Assembly: GCA_030390025.1 (NCBI GenBank)
Contig: CM059432.1
Location: 110,424,001-110,488,000, forward strand
Length of the DNA stretch: 64,000 nt
Reading direction: 5' to 3'
Origin: Squalus acanthias
Lineage: Eukaryota
Below the pieces are notes generated by a model. The model worked only from the letters and a program-made list of their open reading frames with translations, did no database searches and was not told the DNA's origin. The number at the start of each line of letters is the position of its first letter. Position 1 is the first letter of the stretch. This document shows, one piece after another, positions 13,400-24,049 of the stretch. Made by a program: the position numbers and the translations under genes.

Positions 13400-13645
13400 G
13401 GAATCTGTCACCTCTCTAAGGTGGGCACTCACAGCTCCCTGGCTGATGTTGGAAGGAACCAGAGCTGTAGGAATTGAGGGCCGTGGCCACCTTCATTTTG
13501 ACTGTTAAGGCGCTGTGGGAAGTAGACCTTGGTTCAGGTCTTCCTGCAGCATTGCACAGATGTGGTCAATTGCTTCTCTGGTGAAGCGCAGTCTGCCCGT
13601 GCATAGCTCCTCCAATAGTACCTGGTATGACATTCGTTCTCTGTG
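13400..13645 (-). mobile_element. Harbinger (HARBI1-like) transposase remnant
   Basis: Manual translation RERMSYQVLLEELCTGRLRFTREAIDHICAMLQEDL...ALTVKMKVATALNSYSSGSFQ matches the Harbinger transposase N-terminal pattern. Confidence 0.75.
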
Positions 13646-14185
13646 GCTGCGGTGAGAAAACTAGCATTAATCCAGGATAGATGTGGTCCCCACTGTCTCG
13701 AATGGGGGGGGCGGAGCTATGATGATCAACTTTTCATGGTTTTGGCAGAGGGCACGATGCTAAGGGAATTATGGTGTAGCATCAATAGTGGCGCAGTTCA
13801 CTTACACCATCATTTTCTGCAACCTTTGCTCTGGAAAACATTCCCAACGACATAAATTGGCCATTCCAAATGGTGCAAGTTTCCAGGAAATTCTTGTTCA
13901 TTTACCTCAAGCCAGCTCTCCTATTACGGTTTGAAACATTAATAAATGAACAGAAATGAGCAGAAGAATGAAATGAGAACATTAAATGATTTTTTCCTCT
14001 CCCAGATATTAATTGTAATTAACTTTAAAAAGCAGGTAGCTCCTTAGATAGAAGCAGTAGCAACGTGTTATACACCGACAGCTTTCATAATAAGGGCTAT
14101 ATTCCAAATGCTATTAGCAGAGGCACACTTATTCTGCTAATGGCGGTGATCTACTTTGCCACTATATAAAGGCAGTTTGCTATTT

Positions 14186-14510
14186 GCCAACAACAACTTT
14201 CATTAATACAGCGCCTTTAACGTAGTAAAACGTCCCAAGACACTTCAGAGGAGCGTTATCCAACAAAACTTGACACCGAGCCACACAAGGAGATATGAGG
14301 TCAAAGAGTTTTAAGGAGTGTCTTAAATGAGGACAGCGTGGTGGAGAGATGGAGAGGTTTAGGGAGGGAATTCCAGAGCTTAGGGCCGAGGCAGCTGAAG
14401 GCACGGCCACCAATGGTGGAGTTATGAAAATCGGGAATGCGCAATAGGCCAGAACGAATGGAGCACAGAGCTCTCGGGAGGGTTGTAGAAGGTTACAGTG
14501 ATAGGGAAAC
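14186..14510 (-). mobile_element. L2 LINE 3' end
   Basis: (TTG)n tail and similarity to 56281-56650. Confidence 0.8.
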
Positions 14511-14658
14511 TGCCAAGACATTCACGTGCTGGCGGGAGTTCAGAGAAGTGACTGAGGCTGACCGTTCATATCAGGGGTCCGAGTTATGAAGAAAGACTGA
14601 ATACACTTTGTCCTTTTCAGCCAGGGAAGGAGGCATCAGAGAGTTGATATTATAGAGG

Positions 14659-17005
14659 CATAGAGTCATAACAGCACAGGAGGCGGCTATTTGGCCCATC
14701 GAGTCCGTGCGGGCTCTCTGTAGAGCAATCCAGTCAGTCCCATTCCCCCACTCTATCCCCGTAGCCCTGCAAGTTTATTCCCCTCAAGTGCCTATCCAGT
14801 CTCCCCTTGAAAACACTGAGTGTCTCCGCTTCCACCAGTAGCGAGTTCCAGATTCTCACCACTCGCTGTGTAAAAAAGTTTTCCTTCAAATCCCCCTTGT
14901 ATCTCTTGCCCAAAACCTTAAATCTGTGTCCCCTAGTCCTTGTACCATCAACTAGTGGGAACAGCCTTTCCCCGTTTAGCCTATCCAAACCCGTCATAAT
15001 CTTGTACACCTCTATCAAATCACCCCTCAACCTCCTTTGCTCTAATGAAAACAAATCCAGCTTCGCCAACCTGTCCTTGTAGCTAAGATCTTCCATCCCT
15101 GGAACCATTCTGGTAAATCCCCTCTGCACCCTCTTAAGGGCCTTCACATCCTTCCTAAAGTGTGACGACCAGAACTGGACGCAATACTCCAGTTGTGGCC
15201 TAACCAGCGCTTTATAAAAAGTTCAGCATAACTTCTCTACTTTTGTACTCAATACCTCTATTTATGAAGCCCAAGATCCCATATGCTTTGTTAACCACGC
15301 TCTCAATATATCCTGCCACCTTCAGGGTCCTATGCACATTAACTCCCAGGTTCCTCTGTCCCTGCACACTCTTTAAAACTGTACCATTAAGTGTATATTG
15401 CCTCTCCCTGTTCCTTCTGCCAAAATGCATCACCTCACACTTCTCTGTATAAAATTCCATCTGCCACTTGTCTGCCCATTCTGCTAGTCTTTCTATGTCC
15501 TGTTGCAGTCGATTGGTATCATCATCACTGTTTGCCACACCCCCAAGTTTGGTGTCATCAGCAAATTTAGAAATTCTACTCTGTATTCCAATATCCAGGT
15601 CATTTCAAAAAAAGCAGTGGTCCCAGCACTGACCCTTGGGGAACACCACTGTCTACCATCCTCCAGTCTGAAAAACAGCCAATTACCACAACTCGCTGTT
15701 TTCTGTCCTTAAGCCAATCTGCCACTGACCCACCTATTCCATGAGCCTCGATTTTGTTAAACAGCCTTCTATGTGGTACTTTGTCAAACGCCTTCCGAAA
15801 ATCCATGTAGACAACATCCATTGCATCCCCTTCATCAATCCTCTCTTACTTTATCAAAAATTTCAATTTGATTAGTCAAACGGGATCTGCCTTTTACAAA
15901 TCCGTGTTGGCTCTCCTTAATTAGCTTAAACCTCTCCAAGTACCCGTTCATTTTTTCCTTGATTATTGTTTCTAAAACTTTACCCACCACTGATGCTAAC
16001 TGACCGGCCTGTAGTTACTAGGATTGACTTTACACCTTTTCTTGAACAATGGAGTCATATTTGCCACTTTCCAAACCTCAGGCACCTCCCCCGCATCTAG
16101 GGAAGATTGGAAAATTCTGGCAAGCCCTTCCACTATCTCCTCCCCAATTCCCTTAGCAATCTGGGATGCAAGCCATTTGGACCAAGCTACTTGTCCACTC
16201 TAAGCATACCCAGCCTTTCTAGTATATCCTGTCTATCAGTTTTCACCCCTTCCATTGCTTCCACCTTTTCCACTTCTGCCGCTATTTTGTCAACATCCAC
16301 CTCCTTAGTAAACACCGATACAAAGTACTGAGTATTCGAGCCTTGCCCTGCGCCTCTAAGCATATATCACCTTCTTTGTCCCCAATAGGCCCCACCCCGC
16401 CTCCTACTACCCGCTTACTGTTTACATGCCTGTAGAAGATTTTTGGGTTCCCTTTTATGTTAACCGCCATTCTACTCTCATATTCTCTCTTTGCCAATCT
16501 TATTTTCATCTTCACATCCCCTCTCAACTTATTGTATTTGGTCTGGTTGAAGAATTTACCTGACATGCATCATGCACCCTCTTTTTGTTTCATCATCTTG
16601 TCTATTTCCCTCGTCATCCAAGAAGCCCTTGCTTTGGTTCCCATATCATTCCCTCTTGTTGGAATGTACCTAGCCTGTACTTGGAACATCTCCTCCTTAA
16701 AGATCACCCATTGTTCCGTTACAGTTTTTCCTGTCAGGCTTTGGTTCCATTTTACCCTGGCTAGATCCTTTCATGTCCCACTGAAGTTAGCCCTATTCCA
16801 GTTTAGAAGTTCCACTCTAGATTGTTCCTTGCTCCTCTCCATTGCTAATCTAAATCTCGATACGATGATCACTCGTACCCAAGTGTTCTCCCACAGACAC
16901 TTGGTCGACCTGGCCCACCTCATTCCCCAGCACCAGATCCAGCAATGCCTCCTTCCTAGTTGGGCCAAGAACATATTGGTCAAGGAAATTCTCCTGAACA
17001 CATTT
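14659..17005 (-). mobile_element. CR1 LINE, decayed ORF2
   Basis: [38 protein letters not shown]. Confidence 0.9.
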
Positions 17006-18236
17006 CAGAAATATAGAAGTATACAAAATAGTAAATGGTATAGAAGAGGTTAATCTGAAATGTTACTTTAAATTAGACTTTGGGAGCAAGACAAGGGGAC
17101 ATAGGCTCAAACTAGTGAACGGTAACATTTAGGACAGATGTCAGGGGTTTCTTTATGCAGAGCGTGAGCAACCCATGAAATGCACTGCTGGGCAGAATGG
17201 TGGCAGCGAAAACCCTGGAATCGTTTAAGAAACGACTAAATGAAGCAATGGGATCGGGGTGGTAAAAGACTGTTAGAGTTGCTCTCCATGGATGAGTACT
17301 TTGTGTGATCCAACAATGATTAAAAGATTCTCGGAATCAGACTATAGGTTATGGGGAACTCCGCAGAGAAACTGTGGCTAAAGTAGCCAGAGTAAGGTTT
17401 AGGCTTGTGGGATTTTCCCCTATGACACCTGCTAAAGCATTAAGAAAACTTTCCCAGCTACAGTAATGACATGAGTGTTTTTGTGACTGGAAGCCTGTGT
17501 CCAGTGGTGTACCGCAGGGATCGGTGCTGGGTCCCTTGCTGTTTGTAGTGTACATTAATGATTTAGATATGAATGTAGGAGGTATGATCAGTAAGTTCGC
17601 AGATGACACGAAAATTGGTGGGGTGGTAAATAGCGAGGAGGGAAGCCTCAGGCTACAGGACGATATAGACGGGTTGGTTAGATGGGCAGAACAGTGGCAA
17701 ATGGAATTTAACCCTGAAAAGTGTGAGGTGATGCATTCTGGGAGGAATAACAAGGCAAAAGAAAACACAATGAATGGTAGGACCTTAGGAAGGACAGAGG
17801 ATCAGAGGGACCTTGGTGTGCATGTACATAGATCCCTGAAGGCAGCAGGACAGGTAGATAAAGGTGGTTAAAAAGGCATATGGGATACTTGCCTTCATTA
17901 GCCGAGGCATAGAATACAAGAGCAGGGAGGTTATGATGGAGCTGTACAAAACGCTAGTTAGGCCACAGCTGGAATACTGTGTGCAGTTCTGGTCGCCACA
18001 CTATAGGAAGGATGTGATTGCATTGGAGAGGGTGCAGAGGAGATTCACCAGGATGTTACCTGGGCTGCAGCGCTTCAGCTATGAAGAGAGACTGGATAGG
18101 CTGGAGTTGTTTTCCTTAGAGCAGAGAAGGAACCTGATTGAGGTGTACAAAATTATGAGGGGCATAGATAGGGTAGATAGAAAGGAACTTTTCCCCTTAG
18201 TAGAGGGGTCAATAACCAGGGGGCATAGTTTCAAGG

Positions 18237-18451
18237 TGACGTAATAAAGACTCACTACACACTTGAACATAAAGCAAGGCTTTAATCAACTTGTAACAAA
18301 ACATGGAGGTCTAGTTAGCAGTCACTAGCTTCCTGTTTCCAGATTGTCTCTGCCCAAGGTGGGCCCATGCCTGAGTATTTATACTCCCTGGACGGCGCCC
18401 CAGCTGGCCGCCCAGTAGTACTTCCTGAGTTGTTACTTGCAATTTATGACA
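18237..18451 (-). repeat. 3' LTR
   Basis: Direct repeat of 22530-22744, preceded by the PPT. Confidence 0.95.
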
Positions 18452-18489
18452 TTCTTCCTCCCTAAAAGGTTTGGAAGTCCAGTCTTCCT

Positions 18490-20868
18490 TTAACGGACTA
18501 GGCGGACCAGAAATAGCCGCAGACGTTTAGCTCTCTGCTTGTGACTGGAAGGCACGTCTCCCCGGACCGTGTCCTGGTCCCTGGGTCGCTTGGCCCGTAC
18601 CGGCAAGTCAGTAGAGTCCGCGTCATCTTGATCATCCTGTGGAGGACTGGGAATATCATGACTCCGGGTGCGGGTCCCCACAGGTGCTGAGCTGGCCTCA
18701 TCCCGGGTCGTGGCTGGAGATTGTCCGGCGTCCTGGTTTCGGGTGGCCATCCTACGGGGAGCGTCCAGCTCCCTGAGTTGATCCGGTAGCGTTGCCGGCA
18801 GATCCCCCGATGTCCCAGGCGGGGCGTCATTTTCATAGGGGTGCGGAGTGTTGATATCATTGTCGGGGGATCCTTCATCATTCGGGCCCGTGTGACCAGT
18901 TGGGCAGGGAGCCAGATCTCGGAGCGAGACGGTGGTCTCCCGGCCATCAGGGTACCGTACGTGCGCATACGTGGGGTTTACCTCCGTTAACTCCACCTCG
19001 TCAACGAGAGGGTCGTTTTTGGCAGACCGGACGAACCTCCGGAGTAGCACCGGGCCTGGAGCCACCAACCATGACGGTAGAGACGTCCCATGTGTAGAGC
19101 GACGCCGGAATTTGAAGAATCGCTCATGAGGCGTGACATTAGATGTGGAGAGAAGAGACCTGATAGAGTGTAACGCGTCGGGGAGCACCGTTTCCCACTG
19201 CTGGTCCGGCAGGTTGCGTGACCTTAGTGCCAGACGGACAGCGTTCCAGATGATGGCATTGTATCGTTCAACCTGTCCGTTACCGTATGGGTGATATGGT
19301 GTCGTCCTACTTGAGGCGATTCCCCGTTGGGAGAGATAACTTTTAAGTTCACTCGACATAAAGGAGGGACCCCGATCAGTGTGGATAAAATTGGCCGTCC
19401 CGCAAAGGGAAAAGACCTGATCGAGGCATTTAATTACCGTAGAGGTAAGCATATTAGGGCAGGGGAAGGCGAAGGGAAAGCGTGAATACTCGTCCACCAT
19501 CGTAAGTAGGTAGGTGTTCCTTGTCGATGAAGGCAATGGCCCTTTAAAGTCTATGCTGAGCCTCTGCATAGGCTGCATTGCATGTATGAGTAAGCCATCT
19601 GATGGGCGAAAGAATTGTGGTTTCAATTCTGCACAAATCCTACAGGAGGAGCATGTTTTCTTTACGTCCTCGGTTGAAAATGGTAGATTTTTGGAGCGCA
19701 CAAAGTGCAACATGCGGGTCACACCAGGATGGCATAAGTCCATATGCAAATCCGCCAGAGTCGACGTTGACATTGAGGAGCAAAATGCCCGTGTGAAGGT
19801 ATCTGGGGCCACGTTCTGTTTGCCGGGTCGGTAACAGATAGTATATCCAAAGGCAGCCAGCTCCATCCTCCAGAGTTGAATTTTATTATTTTTGATTTTC
19901 GTGCACCTCCGGTTATCCAACATGAAGGCCACAGAGCGCTGGTCAGTTATAAGCGTAAAATGACGCCGAGCAAGAAAATGACCCCATTGGCGTACAGCCT
20001 CGATGATGGCCGTAGCCTCCTTCTCGACGGGGGGGTAATGGAGCTCGCTACCCTGCAAGGTTCTGGATAGGAATGCCACGGGTCGGCCACCTTGATTCAA
20101 GGTAGCGGAGATCGCCACCTCCGATGCATCGCATTCGACCACAAAAGGAAGATTTTCGTCAATGGAGCGAAGCGTGGCTTTCTCCAGCTGTCGTTTGAGG
20201 AGGTTGAAGGCAGAAATAGCCGTAGCTTCCAATGGAAAAGACTTCGCATGGAGCAGGGGCTGTATTTTATCGGAGAAGTGTGGTATCCATTTTGCGTAAT
20301 AAGCAAACATGCCAAGTGCCCGACGAAGAGAGCCGAGGTTCGTCGGGGGAGGGAGCTCCTGAAGTGGACGAAGTCGCTCTGGGTCCGGTTTAATAACACC
20401 GTTGCCCACCCAGTAGCCAAGAATGTTCACCGATGGCACCGACTTCACCGATTTGGATTCGTTTAACGTTAAGTGGCGACGGCGGAGTACGTCAAAAAAT
20501 CTCTGAAGATTGGCGTCATGCTCCTTTTGATCATGGCCGGCAATAGTGATATTGTCTAAATACGGAAAGGTATCCGTCAAGTTCTCTTGCCGGACTAGGC
20601 CATCCATGGCCCGTTGGAAGACGGCCACCCCATTGGTGACCCCGAATGGAAGGCGGCGAAACTGGAAAAGCCGACCATTGGCCTCAAAGGCCGTATACTT
20701 CTTGTCGGAGTCTTGCAGTGGCACCTGATGGTACGTGCTTTTTAAATCGAAGGTCGAGAATACCTTGTATTTGGCAAGGTTGTTGACCATGTCATCTATG
20801 CGTGGCAGTGGGTAGGCATCCAGATCGGTATATAGATTAATAGTCTGCGAATAATCGATACACAGACG
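18490..20868 (-). CDS. pol: Gypsy Pol continuation: RT, RNase H, integrase
   Basis: RLCIDYSQTIN, LPFGVTN, YLDN, ECDAS, TDQRS, H-H-C-C zinc finger, D(FKG)-D(RG)-E(RYN) triad. Open to the stop at 18490. Confidence 0.92.
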   Translation of the reverse strand, partial: RLCIDYSQTINLYTDLDAYPLPRIDDMVNNLAKYKVFSTFDLKSTYHQVPLQDSDKKYTAFEANGRLFQFRRLPFGVTNGVAVFQRAMDGLVRQENLTDTFPYLDNITIAGHDQKEHDANLQRFFDVLRRRHLTLNESKSVKSVPSVNILGYWVGNGVIKPDPERLRPLQELPPPTNLGSLRRALGMFAYYAKWIPHFSDKIQPLLHAKSFPLEATAISAFNLLKRQLEKATLRSIDENLPFVVECDASEVAISATLNQGGRPVAFLSRTLQGSELHYPPVEKEATAIIEAVRQWGHFLARRHFTLITDQRSVAFMLDNRRCTKIKNNKIQLWRMELAAFGYTICYRPGKQNVAPDTFTRAFCSSMSTSTLADLHMDLCHPGVTRMLHFVRSKNLPFSTEDVKKTCSSCRICAELKPQFFRPSDGLLIHAMQPMQRLSIDFKGPLPSSTRNTYLLTMVDEYSRFPFAFPCPNMLTSTVIKCLDQVFSLCGTANFIHTDRGPSFMSSELKSYLSQRGIASSRTTPYHPYGNGQVERYNAIIWNAVRLALRSRNLPDQQWETVLPDALHSIRSLLSTSNVTPHERFFKFRRRSTHGTSLPSWLVAPGPVLLRRFVRSAKNDPLVDEVELTEVNPTYAHVRYPDGRETTVSLRDLAPCPTGHTGPNDEGSPDNDINTPHPYENDAPPGTSGDLPATLPDQLRELDAPRRMATRNQDAGQSPATTRDEASSAPVGTRTRSHDIPSPPQDDQDDADSTDLPVRAKRPRDQDTVRGDVPSSHKQRAKRLRLFLVRLVR

Positions 20869-22429
20869 TTTTTTTATGTTGTTTTAAGGGATTCCTCACG
20901 ATGACGACCTGAGCCCGCCAGGGAGATGAACATGGCTCGATAATACCGTCGACTAAAAGGCGAGAGATTTCCGCCTCAATAAACGCTCGATCCTCTTGGC
21001 TAAAGCGCCGCGATTTGGTGGCTATGGGTTTACAGCGGGGGGGAAGATTGGCAAACAGGGAGGGTTCACCGAGTAGGGCCGCCGAGAGTGCACAAAACGG
21101 CACCTTAGAAATGGTAAGCTCCGGCCTTGACCCTCCAAACTCAAAAGTGATCTTCTTGTGCTGCTTCTGGAAGTCCTGTCCCAGAAGCACATCGCTGCAT
21201 AAGTTTGCGAGTACTCCGAGCCGGGTGGAGAGATACGTGCGGCCGTTGAGGATGAGGTTGACCAGACAGAAGCCAGAAGAATTGGTGGTCAGAGTCATCA
21301 GAGCCATTGCAATCTCCCTGTCCGAGGGATAAATGTGCAGTTTTAACCTGTTGACAGCCCGCTTACTAATGAAGCTGTCAGAGCTGCAGGAGTCGATTAG
21401 CGCGCTTAGAGTGTGCCCATTTACTGAAACCTTCATGGCTGCATGGGACAAACTTTGGGGAAAAACAGCCGTGATGGGAGGAGGGGCAATTTTCCCTTCG
21501 GCAACTGTAGCCTTAACAGTAGTTCTTGGGGGAGGAGCAGCTCCATAGATAGCAGCTGTGAAGCTAACAGGAGCTCTCGACCGGTATACTTTAGAGGAGC
21601 GGCCTTTCTTGTTAGCAAAGGCCCGTGACTGGCATACCTTGGAAAAGTGTCCTTTCTTGCTGCAATGATTGCAGGTCACATTACGAGCCGGGCAAAATTT
21701 TCTGTGATGGCACGCCCCTCCACAAAAGAAACACTTTCTTCCTGATTGCCAGGATGCTGCTAGGGCGGGGTCGTCATCAGCGAAGGCCTCTAGGGTAGGG
21801 TCGTCGTCTGTTACAGTAGAGTCAACATCAGTGGGGGCATCCACCCGAGACCTACCGAAAGACTCATTAAAGGAGATAGCCGCCGCCCGTGCACGTGGTG
21901 GGAGATAAGTGTCTGCATTTTTCTTGGCCAAGTCCAAGGAACACGCCTGGTCATAAGCAGCCCGTAAATTGAGGGTTTTATTTTCCAGCAGGCGCTGACG
22001 TATAAAAGGGGACGCGATTCCATTGATAAAGGAATCGCGGATTAGTTCCTCTTGATACTGTTCAGCTGAAACTGCTTTAAGGTTACAATCCTTGCTGAGC
22101 CTGCGAAGTTTCTGGAGAAATTCATCGAGTGATTCCCCAGGCTGCTGCCGAGTTGTGGCCAGTAGGTGTCGAGCAAAGATTTCATTTGGGGACTTGACAT
22201 ATAGCTGCTGTAAGATTTCGATAGCAGTGTCATAGTCTATACAGTCCTCAATATAATCATACACATGAGGAGACACGTAGTTGATAAGCATTCGTAACTT
22301 ATTAGGGACATCCGCCCCACATTCTTCAAGAAAGTTGCTAAAGGTACGAAACCAATGCTTCCATACCTTTGCTGCCGCAGGTGCATTCGGGTCCAGGTCG
22401 AGACGAGCGGGTCTAAGGAGTTTTTCCAT
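20837..22429 (-). CDS. gag: Gypsy Gag (two CCHC knuckles), protease and RT N-terminus
   Basis: 530-aa ORF with CFFCGGACHHRKFC and CNHCSKKGHFSKVC, protease LIDSCSSDSF, RT start IIEPCSSPW. Frame is lost at the A7 run 20875-20869. Confidence 0.9.
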   Translation of the reverse strand: MEKLLRPARLDLDPNAPAAAKVWKHWFRTFSNFLEECGADVPNKLRMLINYVSPHVYDYIEDCIDYDTAIEILQQLYVKSPNEIFARHLLATTRQQPGESLDEFLQKLRRLSKDCNLKAVSAEQYQEELIRDSFINGIASPFIRQRLLENKTLNLRAAYDQACSLDLAKKNADTYLPPRARAAAISFNESFGRSRVDAPTDVDSTVTDDDPTLEAFADDDPALAASWQSGRKCFFCGGACHHRKFCPARNVTCNHCSKKGHFSKVCQSRAFANKKGRSSKVYRSRAPVSFTAAIYGAAPPPRTTVKATVAEGKIAPPPITAVFPQSLSHAAMKVSVNGHTLSALIDSCSSDSFISKRAVNRLKLHIYPSDREIAMALMTLTTNSSGFCLVNLILNGRTYLSTRLGVLANLCSDVLLGQDFQKQHKKITFEFGGSRPELTISKVPFCALSAALLGEPSLFANLPPRCKPIATKSRRFSQEDRAFIEAEISRLLVDGIIEPCSSPWRAQVVIVRNPLKQHKKTSVYRLFADY

Positions 22430-22529
22430 GATGGATCAGTTTCTTGCCCAAGTTCCCTTCTGTGGTTCGAGTTGCAGCTGGTTGTTCCGAATCACCCAAA
22501 GCGTGGAGACGATACCAAGTTGATTAAAT

Positions 22530-22744
22530 TGACGTAATAAAGACTCACTACGCACTTGAACATAAAGCAAGGCTTTAATCAACTTGTAACAAAACATGGA
22601 GGTCTAGTTAGCAGTCACTAGCTTCCTGTTTCCAGATTGTCTCTGCCCAAGGTGGGCCCATGCCTGAGTATTTATACTCCCTGGACAGCGCCCCAGCTGG
22701 CCGCCCAGTAGTACTTCCTGAGTTGTTACTTGCGATTTATGACA
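22530..22744 (-). repeat. 5' LTR
   Basis: TATAAATA box and ATTAAA signal on the minus strand. Three mismatches to the other LTR. Confidence 0.95.
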
Positions 22745-23384
22745 CAAGGTAAGGGGCAGGAGGTTTAGAGGGGATTTGAGGAAAGAGTTTTTCACCCAGA
22801 GGGTGGTTGGAATCTGGAACTCACTGCCTGAAAGGGTGGTAGAGGCAGGAACCCTCACAACATTCAAGAAGCATTTAGATGAGCACTTGAAACGCCATAG
22901 CATACAAGGCTACGGACCAAGTGCTGGAAAATGGGATTAGAAGAGACAGGGCTTCATGGCCGGCGCAGACACAATGGGCCTAAGGGCCTCTTTCTGTGCT
23001 GTATAACTATGATTGCTGAATGCTTTGCTTCTTATTGATCAATTTAATATATTTCTCAATTTTCTACAGAAATATATAAGAGCAGTTATGCCACAAGAAC
23101 CACATCATTGTGACACTGCTCTCATAAGCGACACTGTCAATCACAATTATGATCAAAACTTTATTCAATTATCAGCTTGAGAAGAGGGCAGTGGATTCTT
23201 CAAGGAGCAAGGTTCCTGATGCAACCTCACTGCAAAAACTCTCAAATCCCCTTGTTTATCTAGAGTGCGAACGATTGCAAAGCTTTGTTGGTATTTTAGG
23301 TTGTCAGGCGAGCATGATAAGTGGTATCAGGATGCCCCCTTGCACATCTCTGTTGGTCACAATGATGCTTTTTAAAATAAAGAG

Positions 23385-23845
23385 AAAGACTTGCATTTAT
23401 ATAGCGCCTTTCACGACCACCGGACGTCTCAAAGCACTTTACAGCCAATGAAGTACTTTTTGGAGTGTAGTCACTGTTGTAATGTAGGAAATGCAGCAGC
23501 CAATTTGCACACAGCAAGCTCCCACAAACAGCAATGTGATAATGACCAGATAATCTGTTTTAGTGATGTTGATTGAGGGATAAATATTGGCCAGGACACC
23601 AGGGATAACTTCCCTACTCTTCTTCGAAATAGTGCCATGGGATCTTTTACATCCACCTGAGAGAGCAGACGGGGCCTCGGTTTAACGTCTCATCTGACAG
23701 ATGGTACCTTTGACAGTGCAGCATTCCCTCAGTACTGCACTGGAGTGTCAGCCTAGATTTTTGTACTCAAGTCCCTGGAGTGGGACTTGAACCCACAACC
23801 TTCTGACCCAGAGGCGAGAGTCCTACCCACTGAGCCACAGCTGAC
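23385..23845 (-). mobile_element. Full-length tRNA-derived Deu-SINE (SacSINE1-like) with L2-type tail
   Basis: A box TGGCTCAGTGG, B box GGTTCAAGTCC, Deu core (CAGTGCAGTACTGAGGGAATGCTGCACTG...GATCCCATGGCACTATTTCGAAG). The tail GGCGCTATATAAATGCAAG is shared with L2. Confidence 0.88.
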
Positions 23846-24049
23846 ATGAACAGCAGAAAAATCAATTAGACACAACTCATCCAAAAAGAAACATTTGATC
23901 CACTAAGTCACTCCCTTAAACTCCCATCAGAAGTTTTTGGATCCCTGTGCAACATTGAACAACACACCTCAACTAATTGCTGAAATAGATTCGTTGCTAG
24001 GTGTCCAACTTAGAATGAAGGACAGCTACACTCGTTGAGAACTAATGTC

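Larger units (their letters stand above)
18237..22744 (-). mobile_element. Full-length Ty3/Gypsy LTR retrotransposon (4508 bp)
   Basis: Two 215-bp TG...CA LTRs, 5-bp TSD CAAGG (18232-18236, 22745-22749), PPT AGGGAGGAAGAA at 18463-18452, domain order gag-PR-RT-RH-IN. Confidence 0.97.
17474..23012 (+). mobile_element. 5'-truncated CR1 LINE split by the Gypsy insertion (17474-18236 and 22750-23012)
   Basis: [10 protein letters not shown] and KFADD motifs. The sequence GGGCATAGTTTCAAGG|TAAGGGGCAGG resumes after the LTR element. Confidence 0.92.

Noticed and set aside
8163..13925. Minus-strand micro-exon-like segments with AG/GT ends (about 8163-8196, 11111-11156, 12529-12552, 13906-13920)
   Set aside because: Joined translations resemble neither OXR1 nor any protein I recognise. 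Such sites occur by chance in long introns.
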